From Piromyces finnis finn (lineage: Eukaryota > Fungi > Neocallimastigomycota), in the NCBI GenBank assembly GCA_002104945.1, contig MCFH01000036.1:1-64000 (forward strand): a DNA stretch of 64,000 nt, in the 5' to 3' direction. The stretch's first letter is position 1, and the number at the start of each line of letters is the position of its first letter. The translations under genes were made by a program, and so were the position numbers. Below, in pieces: positions 27,437-44,870 of this stretch. The notes under the pieces are model-generated. The model did not search any database. It saw only the letters and a program-made list of their open reading frames with translations, and was not told where the DNA came from.

Positions 27437-30400
27437 ATGGATGTTACCGGTTTTATATGCAAATGCCATTATGTAGATTTATTTTTAAAAAAAATAATTA
27501 TCTATCGATTTGAATGTTATAATCATATATGGGAATTAAAATTATCATTAATTGATGAAACACCAGGTCGTATTAAAGTATCATTAAAGAGACTATCCGA
27601 AGAACCGGTAAAAAATTATCATAATAGTTTTGTAAAATCAAAGGAACTTTTAAATGAAGATAATAATTTGATCTATTTTTCTAATGAAAATGTTACTAAT
27701 AAATACATTCCTTCTAAATGTCCTCTAGGAAAAAATACCTATGATAAACTATATAATCATAAAAAAAAGTTAGAAAAGTTATTTCTTTTATCTGGTAATA
27801 TGAAAGTCAAAACATCAGAATCTGATTCTGCAACGAGAACCACAACTCAAATTGAAAGTTTAGTGGATCTATACCGAAATGATAAAATAAAAAAGGAGAA
27901 TAACAAAAAAGATAAAAGACATCAATCATCTTATATCAATAACGAAAAAAAAAAAGAAGAAGCATGGACAATATCTTATTTTGTTCGTGGCTCACCCAAC
28001 ACTTTTAATGATTCTGATTATTCATTTGTAACCTTAGATGCCAACAATTGTCCATCTGTTTATTTTGAAGTAGATGGAGGTATTTGTTGTTGTAATTGTG
28101 GTGGCTATACTTACCCTGTACTTAATATTATTCAAAGAACTAATTTTAATGAAATGAAAAATCGTTTAAAAAATTTATCAAGTTCAGTTTCAACTGGTCT
28201 TTTTCGAAGAATAAAAAGATCTTTTTCTTCAGGTATTAACAATAACTCATATATCTATCATATTATTATTATTATTATTATTATTAGCATTGTTGTTATT
28301 GTTATTATTGTTGTTATTTAATATTAATTATATATATATAAATAAAAATATTAAAAGTATTATTTAATATATATATATATTGATATATCCTTTTTGTTTA
28401 CTTATAATTTTTAATTTTTTTTTTATTTTTGAAATAAAATATAGAAAATGATTTGAATAATAATACTCGAATGAAAAGTAAAAGTGAATTGATGACTAAT
28501 TGGCTTCAAAAGAATATTTATATCAATCGACATGCCAATATGGATAATGATAATCTTCAAGTGTGTAATTATAAAAGTAATAATAATGGAAATAATTATT
28601 ATAATTATATCTATACAAGTAAGATACGTAATCCACAAAACAATAATAATAAAAAAGAAAGAGATCTATATAAAATCATTAGTTTTGACGATAATGGGGT
28701 TGATCGTCAAAAAATTATTATTGAAGCTATGAAAGAATATCAAAAAGATGTTATTCGATCCAAAAGGAAAAAAGAAAAAGAAAATTACTTAAAAAAATCT
28801 GATAAATATCGTATGAATGATAATAGTAATAACCAACTTTCCATGAATCATCTTTTCCCAACATTTGGTGAAAACCATTATTGTTTTTGTCATTGTCATC
28901 ATTATCAAAAATTTGACCATAGTTATTATCAAAAATGGGAACATCGTTCTATTGAATTTGGCTATTTTGGTGTTTATATTCATAAAAATACCAAAATGAA
29001 AAAAAGTAATTGTAATAATGGAAAGCACAAGACTACTAATACCAGTAGTCTATTTCTTTCTAATGATTATTATTATTCCGTTCAAATCCCAAAGTATTAT
29101 GGGAATCGAAAGAAAGAAGGTAGTGAGGAAGAGGAAGAAGAAAAAAAAGAAGAGAAGAGTATGAAAGAAAATGATTTAAAGGTGGTGACAAATGATGATC
29201 ATAAAAAAAAATCATCATCGGATAATAACGAAGAAGAATTTGATCAATTTTTACTACAAGATGATAATGATTATGGGGATATTATGATTATACCATGTAA
29301 AAAATATTATTCACTTTTAAAAAAGAATAATTTAGCAGAAATAACCAAAAATAGTTATGCTAGAGTATTTACGGAAAATGAGATGGAAGAATTATTACAT
29401 GAAGAAAATTTATGCAAACAAAATAAGGATGGTAATGCTTATATTAATTTAAAAGAAAAAACAAATTCGGAGGAATCATTAGTAAGAGTTTTCCAAGAAT
29501 GTTTTGATGAAACTGTTTCACCCGAAGATATTAAACATTTATTAAAAAGTAATAGTGATAGCCTATCCTTTTCATCATCTTCTTCCGAATCAAATTCATA
29601 TAATCAAAAGAGAGCATCGAGTAGTGAATTAGATATAGAACACTATGGTATATATAAAAATAGCAGTGGAAGTTTATTTATTCAGCATAATGATAGTAAT
29701 GAATTCCAATATAAGGATTATAAAGCCATTGAACGAAATAGAAAAAACAACATATTTTATAAAGATTTTAAATCTATTTTTAATATTAAAGATAATCCCA
29801 TGAAACATGTTCATTCTCATCATCGAACTCATGATCCAAATCATAATTATTTATCTAGTAATGATTCACTAACTCAGTTATCATCATCATCTTCACGTCT
29901 TTGTTCCCCATCTCCTTCCCAATTTCAATTTAACACCCGTTCTAACAGTCGATTAGAATTTAACCCAAGCCAAAGTATTATAGATAATTTTAATTCAGAG
30001 AGTGATTTAGGAGAAAAAATTAAAATATTAAAATTAACAGAAGATGAAAGAAGAGAAAGTATTATAGCAAGTCGTAATAGATTTGAGGAATCAGAAAGAG
30101 AAAAAATAATAATGGAAAGAGCAGTGAGGGAAAGAGAAATTGAAAATCGAAGAAGAAGTCAAAGTCCAATAAAAAGTAATAGAAGAAGAAAAAATAGTGA
30201 GAATGATAGTAAACATCATTCTCATCGTCACCACCATCATCATCATAGCCATCATCACCACATAGATAATGATACCATAAATCATTATCAGGATTATATC
30301 TATGAAGATGAAAGTCGTCATTGTCATCGATCTCCATCACCTATGAAATCTATTAAGAGCCATCCTTCAAAAAAAAGTCATAAAAATCATCATCATTCAA

Positions 30401-30507
30401 GAAAAAAAAATACTGGTGGTGGTGGTAATAAGACTTTTCGTTCAAAACATGTAGTGAAAACAAGTGATTATCGTTATGATTTAGCTAATTCTATTTATTG
30501 TCAATGA
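27437..30507 (+). CDS. Hypothetical ~952 aa protein, 2 exons, with Cys/His motifs and a His/Arg/Ser-rich tail
   Basis: Exons 27437-28232 and 28445-30507 join in frame (TCAG|gtatt...atag|AAAAT), total 2859 nt. This merges two ORFs of the track. Confidence 0.8.
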
Positions 30508-30564
30508 AACAATAATAAAAAAATGAATAAGCAACATAAAAAACATGTATAATTAAGGTGTTGA

Positions 30565-30573
30565 TAATAATAA

Positions 30574-30635
<62 letters not shown>

Positions 30636-30711
30636 TAATAACAATAATAATAATAATAATAACAATAATAACAATAATAATAATAACAATAATAACAATA
30701 ATAATAATAAT
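30565..30711. repeat. (AAT)n/(AAC) microsatellite
   Basis: Read directly. Confidence 0.95.
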
Positions 30712-31783
30712 ACAATGATATATTTTTTTATTTTATTTATTTATTTATATCAAAGTATTTATATTTAATTATAATTCATTATTTCAATTGTTCATTTTTT
30801 TTATAAATATTTAACATTTAGAAAAAATATTAAAATGATAATGAATATAGAATTAGTAAAATAGTTTAGGTATGACTTTTTTTTTTTTACAGTTATCAAA
30901 TACAAAATATAAACTATCTAAACTACCTTTAAATTATAATTAAAAAAAAAAAAGAAAAACGTTTAAACAATTAAGTTGAATTTACCAATTAACAAAAGTG
31001 CATTAATAATTAAAACAAAATGGGTAAATTTTGAATAATAAGTAATTTTAATAGATATAAAATGGATCATTAAACTATAAATAAACTTAAATTTGATTAT
31101 ATGTAAGATTTTTTTTTTTTTTTAATTTTGTTATATTTTTGAAAATGAAGTATATTTAAATCGTGAAATATATACTATATAAAAAAAGTTATAATTTATT
31201 GGTATTTTTGTAGAAAATTATAATTTAAATAAGTGAAGAGTTTTTAAAATGATTATTTTTTTATAATCATTAAAAAATCCTTTTTTTTTTCAAAGTTTTT
31301 TTTTTTTTTTTATTTTATAAAGAAAAAACTTTGTTGATCCATAAAAAGTTTAAAAACTTTGTTTTATGGGGTTAATTAAAATCGTTACTTTTATCAAATT
31401 ATAAATTAAAGCAATAATTTTAAGAATTTATAATTCATGATCAAATTAAAGATTATTTAATTACTTTTTCCCTTTATAAAAACATAAAATACACCCATAT
31501 TTAATGATATTCAATTCGAAGTTTATTGGTTTATATCTCTCAAATAAACTTTAATACTCTAATTTTGGTTAAAATTACATAGTCAATAGTAATTTGTTTT
31601 TTATTTAATTATAAATATTAAACTATAAAGTAAAAAGAAAAAAATATCCTTTTTTTTTTTTTTTTTCAAAATCTTATTTTAAAATAATATAAAGTATTAT
31701 TTTATAAAACCTATATCTTTTCAATTTTTTTATAATAAATTATATATTATTCATTAAAATATAAAAAAAAAAATAAAGTAAAA

Positions 31784-32632
31784 ATGTCAGAAGCTAGACT
31801 TCAAGATCTATTAAAGCTTTCTGAAGCTATTCCAAAAAATAAAAGATTTTCTAATTTATCAACATCAAGTAATTATTTTAAAGTCATTAAAATATTAATA
31901 AAAAAAAAATAATATATTCAATAAATAGTATTAAACTAATATATATATACATATATATAAATTAATGTCAATTTATTATTATTATTTTTTTTCTCTTTTC
32001 AAAAGAATTAATGGAATTATGGAATAATATTTCAGGTTATACAGAAGAATTATTATTAAATAAAAAAGCACCTGAATTTCCAGGTATTGGAATCTTTTAT
32101 ATAAAGAGAAATTATGCAGCTTCACCAGAAGAATATACACCTCAATTTTTCCCTACATCAAAATTTTTCAATGGTTTTAATAGTTATTATTATGAAAATA
32201 GTGTAAAATCTGGTATTCCTAATAAACTTCCATTGAATTATTCTATTATTGCATCTAGAATGGGATGGTCAAGATCAGATGTAGAAATGGGTGTTCGTGA
32301 TATTATGACATGTATAAAAACATCTATTGAATCAGGAACTTCTTTAAACTTAACAATGGGAACAATGGGTACCCTTAATATCACCAGAACCAAAGTTAAT
32401 ATGAAGTTAGTATACTATACAAAAAATAAATAAAAAAAAATTATAATCTTTTATTTTTTTTTTGAATATAATATTAAAAATCTTTATATTATGTAAAAAT
32501 CTATTATTTAATACTAATGAAAAAAAAAAAAAAAAAAAAAAAACTTTATATGAATATAGATTTTCACCAAAATTAACAGATGCTCTCTTAAGTAAATATC
32601 GTCTTCCAAATTTTGGTATAAGAGCTTATTAA
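31784..32632 (+). CDS. CCDC81-like protein with two HU-like domains, at least 3 exons, 3' end uncertain
   Basis: Exons 31784-31868, 32006-32405 and 32560- join in frame. ELWNNISGYTEELLLNKK..FPGIGIF and PLNYSIIASRMGWSRSDVEMGVRDIMTCI..LNLTMGTMGTL match my recollection of the HU-CCDC81 pattern. Confidence 0.7.
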
Positions 32633-33696
32633 TTTTAAAACTATCAAAAAAGAAAAAGTTTCAATATTCAATTTTAAAATGATTATTTATCCTTCAATAA
32701 TATCTATTTAAGAAAGATAAAAATGAAAATAATTAAAATATATACCCAATAGATTAAATTTCAACAAACTTTTACCTAATTATGAAGTAAAAAAAAAAAA
32801 AAAAAAAAAGAAAAAAAAAGAAAACTCTATCAAAAATTGATATGTAATATAAAATATAAAATAATTGTATGATGATATTCCTGTATTATAAAAGTTTTTT
32901 TTTTTATTATTTATTCTAAAAACTATTTTTTACTAATTATATTTATATAGATATTTTATTTTTCATTTAGTTTTGATAATTGTTTTTTTTTTTTTTTATT
33001 TTTTTTTATAAAATATTTTATAATTTTTAATAATCATAGAAAAATATACAATAAAAAGTAGCTTTTTTTTTTTTAAATGTATATATATTTAAAAAAAAAA
33101 AAAGAAAAGAAACACAAATGAATAATAATTCAATTGTTTTTATATAAATATATAATATATTTTTTCTTTTAAAATTTTTATTTCTTTTTTTATTTTTTTA
33201 AAAAAAATATTTGCTTTCTAAAGTCTAACAAACTGTAATATTATTTTGATACATTACAATTATACTTATGATAATTCTTTTTTTTTTTAAAAAAAAGTAA
33301 AATAAAGATGGATAAAAAAAAAATTTTTTTTAAACGGGATATTACATCTAAAAAAAGAAAATAGTAATAATAATGAATGCTATGATTTTTATTATTACCA
33401 TTATATTTTACTTCTATTTTGATTATGCTTATTAACTTTTAATAAATCAATTTTTTATGTTAATATAAAAATTATAAATCGAATCTAATAAGAATAATAA
33501 TAAAAAATATATATATATAAAATTTAATCTAATTTAAACGATTCATCTATAATTGAAAAATATATATATACATATATTTATTTTTATATATATATATATT
33601 AATAATATTTAAAATTAGAAGAAAAAAAAAGAGCTGTAAATATGTAAATAAAAATAAAGAATATTAAATAATATTTAGTGTATAATGGATTTTCTA

Positions 33697-36600
33697 TTAA
33701 ATATTATTATAATCAAAAATATGTTTGTATAATATTAATTTGTCCAAAAGTTTCATAGAGTTAATTTCTGATATTATTACGTTAACTTTATGTTTATTAT
33801 CCATAGCTTGGAAATCACTGAATCGGTTCATATTATTATAAAAATTGGTACTGTTAAGTAAACTATTAATGTTATTTGGATCTTTTATCTTTCTGATATT
33901 CTTGTATAAGTTTTCTAAAACATAATTATTTTTTTCAATACAGTAAACATAATCCTTTATATCCGTTGATATTTTACATATATGACTTTCTGCCAATATA
34001 ATGGTTTTTAAACGTTTACTATTGTTAATTACGGATAGTATAATATTTTTACTTGTGTCAAGACCATCATCTATTTTTTTTTTTTTTTTAAATATATAAA
34101 AAATATATAATTTTATAAATAACTATTGTTTAATAAAAAGAAAAAAAAAATTTTTTTTTTGTACTATTTTTATGAATGAATACAAAATAAATTAAATTTA
34201 CCTGATGGGGGAAGGATTTTATTAAATGAAATTTCAAAGGTTTCTAAGATTGGACAACAAATTATTTTTCCAAAAAAGTCTAATTCATTGTTATTCATAA
34301 CCATTTTTCTTATACGGAATGTTTTAAGACATTGGAAATGAATAATAGCATTAACATCTTGTTTAAAGAAGTTACTAAACTTTGGTACAGGTGAATTATA
34401 TATCCAAAGACTACTTATATTATTGACAGCATTTAATTGATTTTCGTTATCGTTTAATTTGATAATAGCTTTCCACATATTTTCACCAACATTTTCATCA
34501 AGTTTATAAGCAATAGAACGATATTCAATACAAAGATGTTTAAGGAATATTGTATAACTTAAAAAGGTTTCCCAATCTTCAACCGTCAAATCTTTAGTAA
34601 GTCCATATAAATTAAGTGCAGTAATAAATGGGTTTCTATCCTTTAAATTAATTAAAGGATCTTTGAACATTAAAGATTTAGCATGAATACTACACGAGTA
34701 TCTTTGTTCACAACTTAAGGAACCTAATTCTTGTTGTTGACTACGATAATATTCATTTAATATCCTTATCTATTAAATTATATATAATAAATAAAAAAAA
34801 AATTTTTTTTATAAAATTTATATATATAAAATAATATTTAATTAATAATTAATAATAATAATAATAAAAGGCTATGGAATGTTATAAATAATAATTTTAT
34901 ATATTCTTTAAAAGTTTATACATTTATATATATATTTATGATTATAATTCTTGGTATAAATTTTTATAAATTTTTATTCTAATTTTATTTACCTTTTTAT
35001 TTTCTTCAAAAATTAAAAGTGGATTTTCTTGTTGATTAACAAAAACAACTAAACTTCTATCATAATTATCTACTGTAGTATTGTTTGTTGGGGATTTTTC
35101 AATTATAAGATATTGATCTTTAGTTTCTGAATCCACCGGTATTATATCATATTCATTTTTGTTTTTCATTAAAACCTTTGTTAATATGTTTTTAGATTGG
35201 AAATCTAAATTCATCATATAATTATCATGATTAATTTTAATAAAATTGCATTCTGTTAAATCTAATGATTTCATATTTGGAACATGTTCACGTAATACAA
35301 AGTCTGGTATATCTTTAAATTCAAATTTTAAATTATAGGATCTACTAACATCCATTCGAATGATATTGCTACCATTTTTTACAATAAAATTAGCTAATGT
35401 TTCATCATCAATTCCGGAACCAATAAGACCAAATAAAGTTAAATTTGGAATAACTAAACAATTGAATAATCCGTTAATTAATTTATCTGTTTCAAAACGA
35501 TCGTCACTTTTAATACTTTTAATATTTTGTATATTATATGTTCTTGCAAAAGAATAATGGAAAATTTCTACATTTTCAAGGACAATTTCTGACGTAATTT
35601 TATTTTGATATTCGTTATTATCTTGTGCATTTCCTACATCCCATAAAAATAATTTTTTCAAATGTTTTAATTTCTGGATGTTGTCCCAGAAATCATAAGG
35701 TAATAATACATTAGAATCGAAATCAAGGGTTAAACATGTTAAAAATTTTGCGTTCTTAAGAATATTATTAATTTCTTCAAATTTATAGTTGTTAACAATT
35801 TGATATAAAAATTTATCTAAATTAGTTATATCGTCTGAAATATTAGTAATGGTTAAATGTGTTAATTCTGATGCAACAGCTTGATTAATTTGATTTAAAT
35901 CTTCATAATAAATAGTTTTCTTTAAACATTCTTCCTTTTTTAAATTATCTTTTACAAATTTATAATTGTCTATTGAAATTTTTAATATTGAAAAAAAAAT
36001 AAGGATTAATAAAATAAAAATATAATATCATATTTTTTTTAGTATTTAAATCAAATGATTTAAAATAAATTTAAATATATTTTTTTTTCTTTTTTTTCTT
36101 TTTTTTTTGAAATAATAATTACACTATCTATTATTAATATTATTAATTTTATAACTTACATGTTGAAGTTCCACCAATTTTATTATGTGATCTTGATTCA
36201 TATAACTTATCAAACTCATCAATATTTATTAAACCTTTTTCTATATTTTTTTTTAAAAATTATAAAATTTTATGAATTTTACATTAGTTTTAATATTTAA
36301 AAAAGTAATATTTAATAGTATATATAACGAAGATTGCTGGAGACTCTTTGCTGCTTTTTTATTAAAATCTCATTTGGTATTTGAATAATTACCTTCCAAG
36401 TTAAATGAAATACCTAATTTATAAGAATCATCTGGTATTTTTTGATGCATAATACGAATTTTTATATCTCTTGGTTTATCACATGTTTTTTTTGATATTA
36501 TATATCCAGTAGTTGAAAAATAATCATATTCTCTTTTGAAACGGGAAGAATAACTATCACTTGTAATTTTAAAATGAGTTTCAATCCAGTCACGAATATC

Positions 36601-37155
36601 CACAAATTCTGGTAAGAGAAAAGCATTTAAAATAATTTCCATAAATATCTTACTGTAATTTGTTCCTTTTATTGGCTTATCATTATATGAATTAATAAAA
36701 TCCAATAAATCTTTTTTCAAAGTATTTTTATTATTATTGACATTACTATTATTATTGTTGTTGTTATTATTGTTAGTGGTATTATTATTGTTGCTATAGC
36801 CTATGTTATTTTGATAGTTTGAATTTTCAGTAGATATACTATTTCTATTATCATATATTGATGTTACTGAGGATTCATTGTTTGTATCATTTTCTATTTT
36901 CATACTACTAGAAGAATTATCTTTTACTGGTGTTGACGTTCCTGAATTTGTATCTTTATGGTCCATATGTCTAAAAAATATATTTAAAAATTCTTTTGTA
37001 AGATCATCATTGATATCCAGTAATTTTTCTTTTGTCCAATACTTTTCCTTTTTTCTTATCTTCTTGATAAGGAATTTATTATCCTTTTTTTGTAACAATG
37101 GTGATATTGGTGAGGGTACATTTGGTGCTTTTTTGATAGTTAAACTTTTTGTCAT
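33697..37155 (-). CDS. Multi-exon RNI-like leucine-rich-repeat protein with an Asn-rich N-terminus
   Basis: ORFs 36370..37155, 34942..35661, 34170..34670 and 33697..33996 plus an exon at ~36240-36159 can be joined with phase-consistent GT-AG introns. LRR-like segments include LTCLTLDFDS, LKHLKKLFLWDV, MKSLDLTECNFI and LETFEISFNKI. Confidence 0.7.
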
Positions 37156-40100
37156 TTTAATAAATATAACCTTTTTTAATAAAATTAATTATTTATTCTT
37201 TCAATTGATGAATATATTATATATTCTTTTTATTATATTTTAAACTATTTAGTTTTTCTTTTTTTTTTTTCTTTAAAAAAAAAAGAATTAAATATATATT
37301 TAAATTAAATCTTTCAGGTGCTTTAAACAAATATAAAAAATATATACATATATATATGTTGTTGTTGTTGTTGTTGTTGTTACTTTTTTAAAAAAAAAAA
37401 TAGATAAAAAAAAAAAAAGAACCAATTAAATATAAATTGAACAAAACATTGGTTAATATTTTAAATTAATTGAAACATTTATTATAATAATAATAAAATT
37501 ATATTTTTTTTATATTTGCTACAAAGTCTTATTCGTTTTTAATTATAACTCCTGTTTATGATTAAAATTTAACAAATAAAACATTTAGTGTATTATTTGA
37601 CAGTTTGTTAATTGAGGTGATTAAATATTGTAAAAGGGTTGAACTTGCTTTTCACATATATATATAATCCAGATATATATCAATGAAAAATGAATATTTT
37701 TCAAACAAACAAAAAAAAACAATTGTTATTGTTGATAAAGAGCGAATAATTTTATTATTCTTTTCCCTAACATGGACCTTTAAATAATAAAATGTTGCTT
37801 TTTTTTCGATTAAATTACCCAACACTTTTAACCTTTTCTTTTTTTAAAAGTAGTAAAAAATAATAAAAAATAAGAAGAAAAAGAAGAAAAAGTAGTAATT
37901 TTAAAAAATAATGATTTTATTATAATTTAATAATATTTCAATTTTTGAGGATAATTTCATATAATCAATATATTCTAATATATTATGAATTATAATAGAT
38001 ATATCTTTTATATTATATTAGATTATATTTAATATATATAAATTCAATAATTTTGAACAAATGAATGAAATAATTTTTTATATAGATTTTACCATTGAAT
38101 ATTGAATATAATAATATAAATTAATAATATATATAATAATATATACTAGATGATATTATTGATTTATTGAATAATATATTATAATTAAATTCTCAATAGG
38201 AAATCCCTTTTTTTATTTCAATATTTTTAGATTTTTTAAAATTTCTAATTGATTACTAATATATTAATAATATATTAAATTATGTAAAATACATTGCTTT
38301 TATTTAATACATAATATATTAAAATACATTCAATAAAGTTTTGATTGTTAAATAAAAGATAAAATATTTAAAATAATAAATTTCCCTTTTATCTTTTATA
38401 TATTAAAATGTAATCATAATATATAATACAAAGATATTTATTAATATATTAAATTTGTAGAATCATGTACGGGATTTATATATTATTTAATTTGTTAATA
38501 TATATATAAACAAATATTATTGGATAATAACAATTACATAAATTCATTATTGTAAAGATAAGAAATATGTCTTTATAAAAATTTATTATAGGAAAAAAAA
38601 CTGGTTATAGAAATTTTCATTTAGCAGCAAAAGTAAAAGAAGGAAGGAAAAAAGAAACCTAAAATTTTTTTCATTCTAAACTATATGAGTAAGTAGTGTT
38701 ACCGGTGCCATCTCAATAATAAGTAAAAAAAAAAAGATTTGATTATTTTACTTTGATTATAATTACAAAGAATGAAATTTTGAATAAATATCATGAATTA
38801 TTATATGATAATGACTTTAATTATTTTAAAAATATAAAATTAAAAATTAGATTTATGTAAAAATAAATCTTTCTTTTTTTTAATTTTAATGCATTTCTAT
38901 ACTTTTACTTTTATTAAAAGGCACCTTTTCTATTCTTTTTTTTTTTTAAGCAATTATTATCTTCTATTTGACTTTGTTTTTTTGACAGAATTAAAAAGTT
39001 TTTTTTTTATATTTTTTATATATTAATTATTTCTGTATATAAATTTTTAATTTAAATTATTCAATTTATATTTAATTTTTTTTCTGTATAAAAGTTAAAA
39101 TTTTAATATGAAAAATACGATGCTTGGAAAGTTATTCTCTTTTTATTTTATATGTATATGCATAGTATATGTATCTTATAAATAATAACCTTTTTATCAA
39201 TTACAAAGTTTTATTTCAAATTTAGGGTTTTTGTTCAAAGTGAGATAAAAAAAAATATATTATTTATATTTAACAATGCCTAATGCATGTTTTAATACAT
39301 TATTTGTCAATTAAAACTAGAAACATCTCAATAGAGAATCTTAATATTAATTACAATTTTGACCTCTGCCTGAATTTTAGCCAGAAAAAAAATCCAAAAA
39401 CATTATATTAATCAAAATAGAAAAAAAATTAAATACATATATATCTATGGTATTAAAGATCTTTTTATACTTGAACAAAAAATCTTGATGTTAATACCAT
39501 ATTATGAATATAGCACTTTTGTTAAATTTTATTAAAAGGTTTAATGATGATAACGATTAAAAATACTACAAATTTTATTTTTTTAAAAAAAAAATAAGAA
39601 ATATGTATCTTTTAATATTTATATATGATAATAATTTTTTATTGTGATTTTTTAAATAATAAAAATACTTTTAATGTTTTTATTTCAAAATAAAAGCAAA
39701 AGTAACCTTTAATTCAAAAGAAAATTTTCCATTTGACAAAAATGTAGTACAAATAAAGATTTAATAATGATTTTTACAATAAAATTGGTTTTCTTTCTTT
39801 TTTTAAAAAAAAAATGTTATGAATATATGCTAAATGCTAAACAGATATTTTAAAAATTATATTCATAAATATAAAAAATAAACAGATCAATTATATATTT
39901 AATATTAAAAATCTTAAAAAAAAAACCTACAAAGTATTAAGAAATATTGATATAAAGAAAACAAGTATAGTCAATGTTTGTTAAAAATAAAATATTTAAA
40001 AGTTAACATTAATATTTTTATTAATTCATATATTCATATATATATTACTTTTCTAATAAATTATGATAATAGATATTAATTTTAAAATCTATACAAACTT

Positions 40101-40760
40101 TATAATTATTGAGGAATAATTAATAGGTTAAAATAATAATATTTAAAAATAAACAACTTTATGCCTTTTTTTAAATATGATTTAATATTTATTGAAATAT
40201 AATTTTTCTTTTACATTGTATAAAAAATAAATAAAGGAATAGATTATTTATATATTTAATTCTAGTTTTTTCTTAGAGTATTATTAATCTACTAATTTAT
40301 GAAATATATTTTCTTTTAAAATAATAAAGTAATCAAATTTAAACTTATCGTTGTTGACAATATTTTTCCTTAAAAATAAATAATTATATTTATTAAAATT
40401 TCAAAAAAAAAAAAAAATACTTTATTTTAAAAATATTTCAGTAAATATCTAATTTTAACTATTGGAATAGGTCAATGAATAATAATTATAGGTATCAGTA
40501 TATTACTACATTAACTTTATAAAATATTATATTTATATTATTCTAATTATACAGTCACACAAATTATAAATTTTAGAAAATTGAGACAGAATATTATGTT
40601 TATTATTATGATTTTTTTTTTAAAAGAATATTATAGTTAAAAAAAAAGGTTTAATAATATTATTAATATTATTAATATAAATAAATATAGTTAATGTCAA
40701 TAATGATAATATAAAATAATACCACAATTAGCTTTGTATACAAAAGCTAAGCTAAATAAC

Positions 40761-43775
<3,015 letters not shown>

Positions 43776-44870
43776 AAAGAAAAAAAATATGAAAACCAAA
43801 CAATAAATTTCAAGTAATCCTAATTTCATAAACTTCATAATATATATTAAACTTATATAATAACAATAGGAATAATAGTAATAAAATAAAAAAAAAAAAA
43901 CCATCCATATAAATAGGCATACTATCATCAGTATAACATTTTAAATATTGAATATATTAAATTATGACACTATCTTTTTATTTAATATCAATTTTTAATT
44001 TTTACACATTATTTGTAATTTAATATTATAAGCTTTTATACCTTTTTGTAAAATATATTTAGTATATATATAAAAGTCTTAACTTTTATTATATTCCAGA
44101 AATATATGTATTAATTTATCATAATGCAAAATAAAATATGTTGAAAAATAAAATATAAATATTTATAATTTTTAAACAATAATTATATATAATATGTAAT
44201 ATAAAAAATATTTATATATAAAAAGATTACTATATTAGTCTCAAATGTTTAAATAAATAAATAAATATATTATTATTATTTTAATAATTATTATACTCTA
44301 TAAAAAATAAAACTTTTATACATTTATTGTATAGGAAGAGAGAATATTCTCTTTTTGTATTTATTTAGTTAATTTTTAAAATTACATTTTAAAGTTAATC
44401 TATATATTTCATAATTGATAATGAATTTATTATACTTTTTTCTAAATTTATAATAAAATTATATATATATTTTATAAGGTTGATTCATTTATGTTTATAA
44501 ATATGTTCAATGTAAAATAAAGGATTAATAATAATGAAAATTTTATATTATAATTTATTGATATTTATTTTAGCTTTAATAAAAGTTTTTATATATTATT
44601 TATATAATATGATATTTAAAAAATATATATATAAAAAATATAATAAATATAATTTTTTTTATCCATAATTAAAATTAAGTAATTTTATTTTTATTATCAA
44701 AATCTATTTTTTTTTATTTAATCTAATAATTCTATATTAATTATTTCTTTAAATATTAATTAGTGTATTATGTATGCATTGATAATTGATATATAATTGA
44801 TATATATCTATTTTATTTATTTTATGTTTTCTAATTATTTAATATTTTTTTTTCTTTTAATTTAATCCTT

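Noticed and set aside
38560-38740. Coding-like fragment (NFHLAAKVKEG) in a long intergenic region
   Set aside because: No extendable frame or consistent splice partners.
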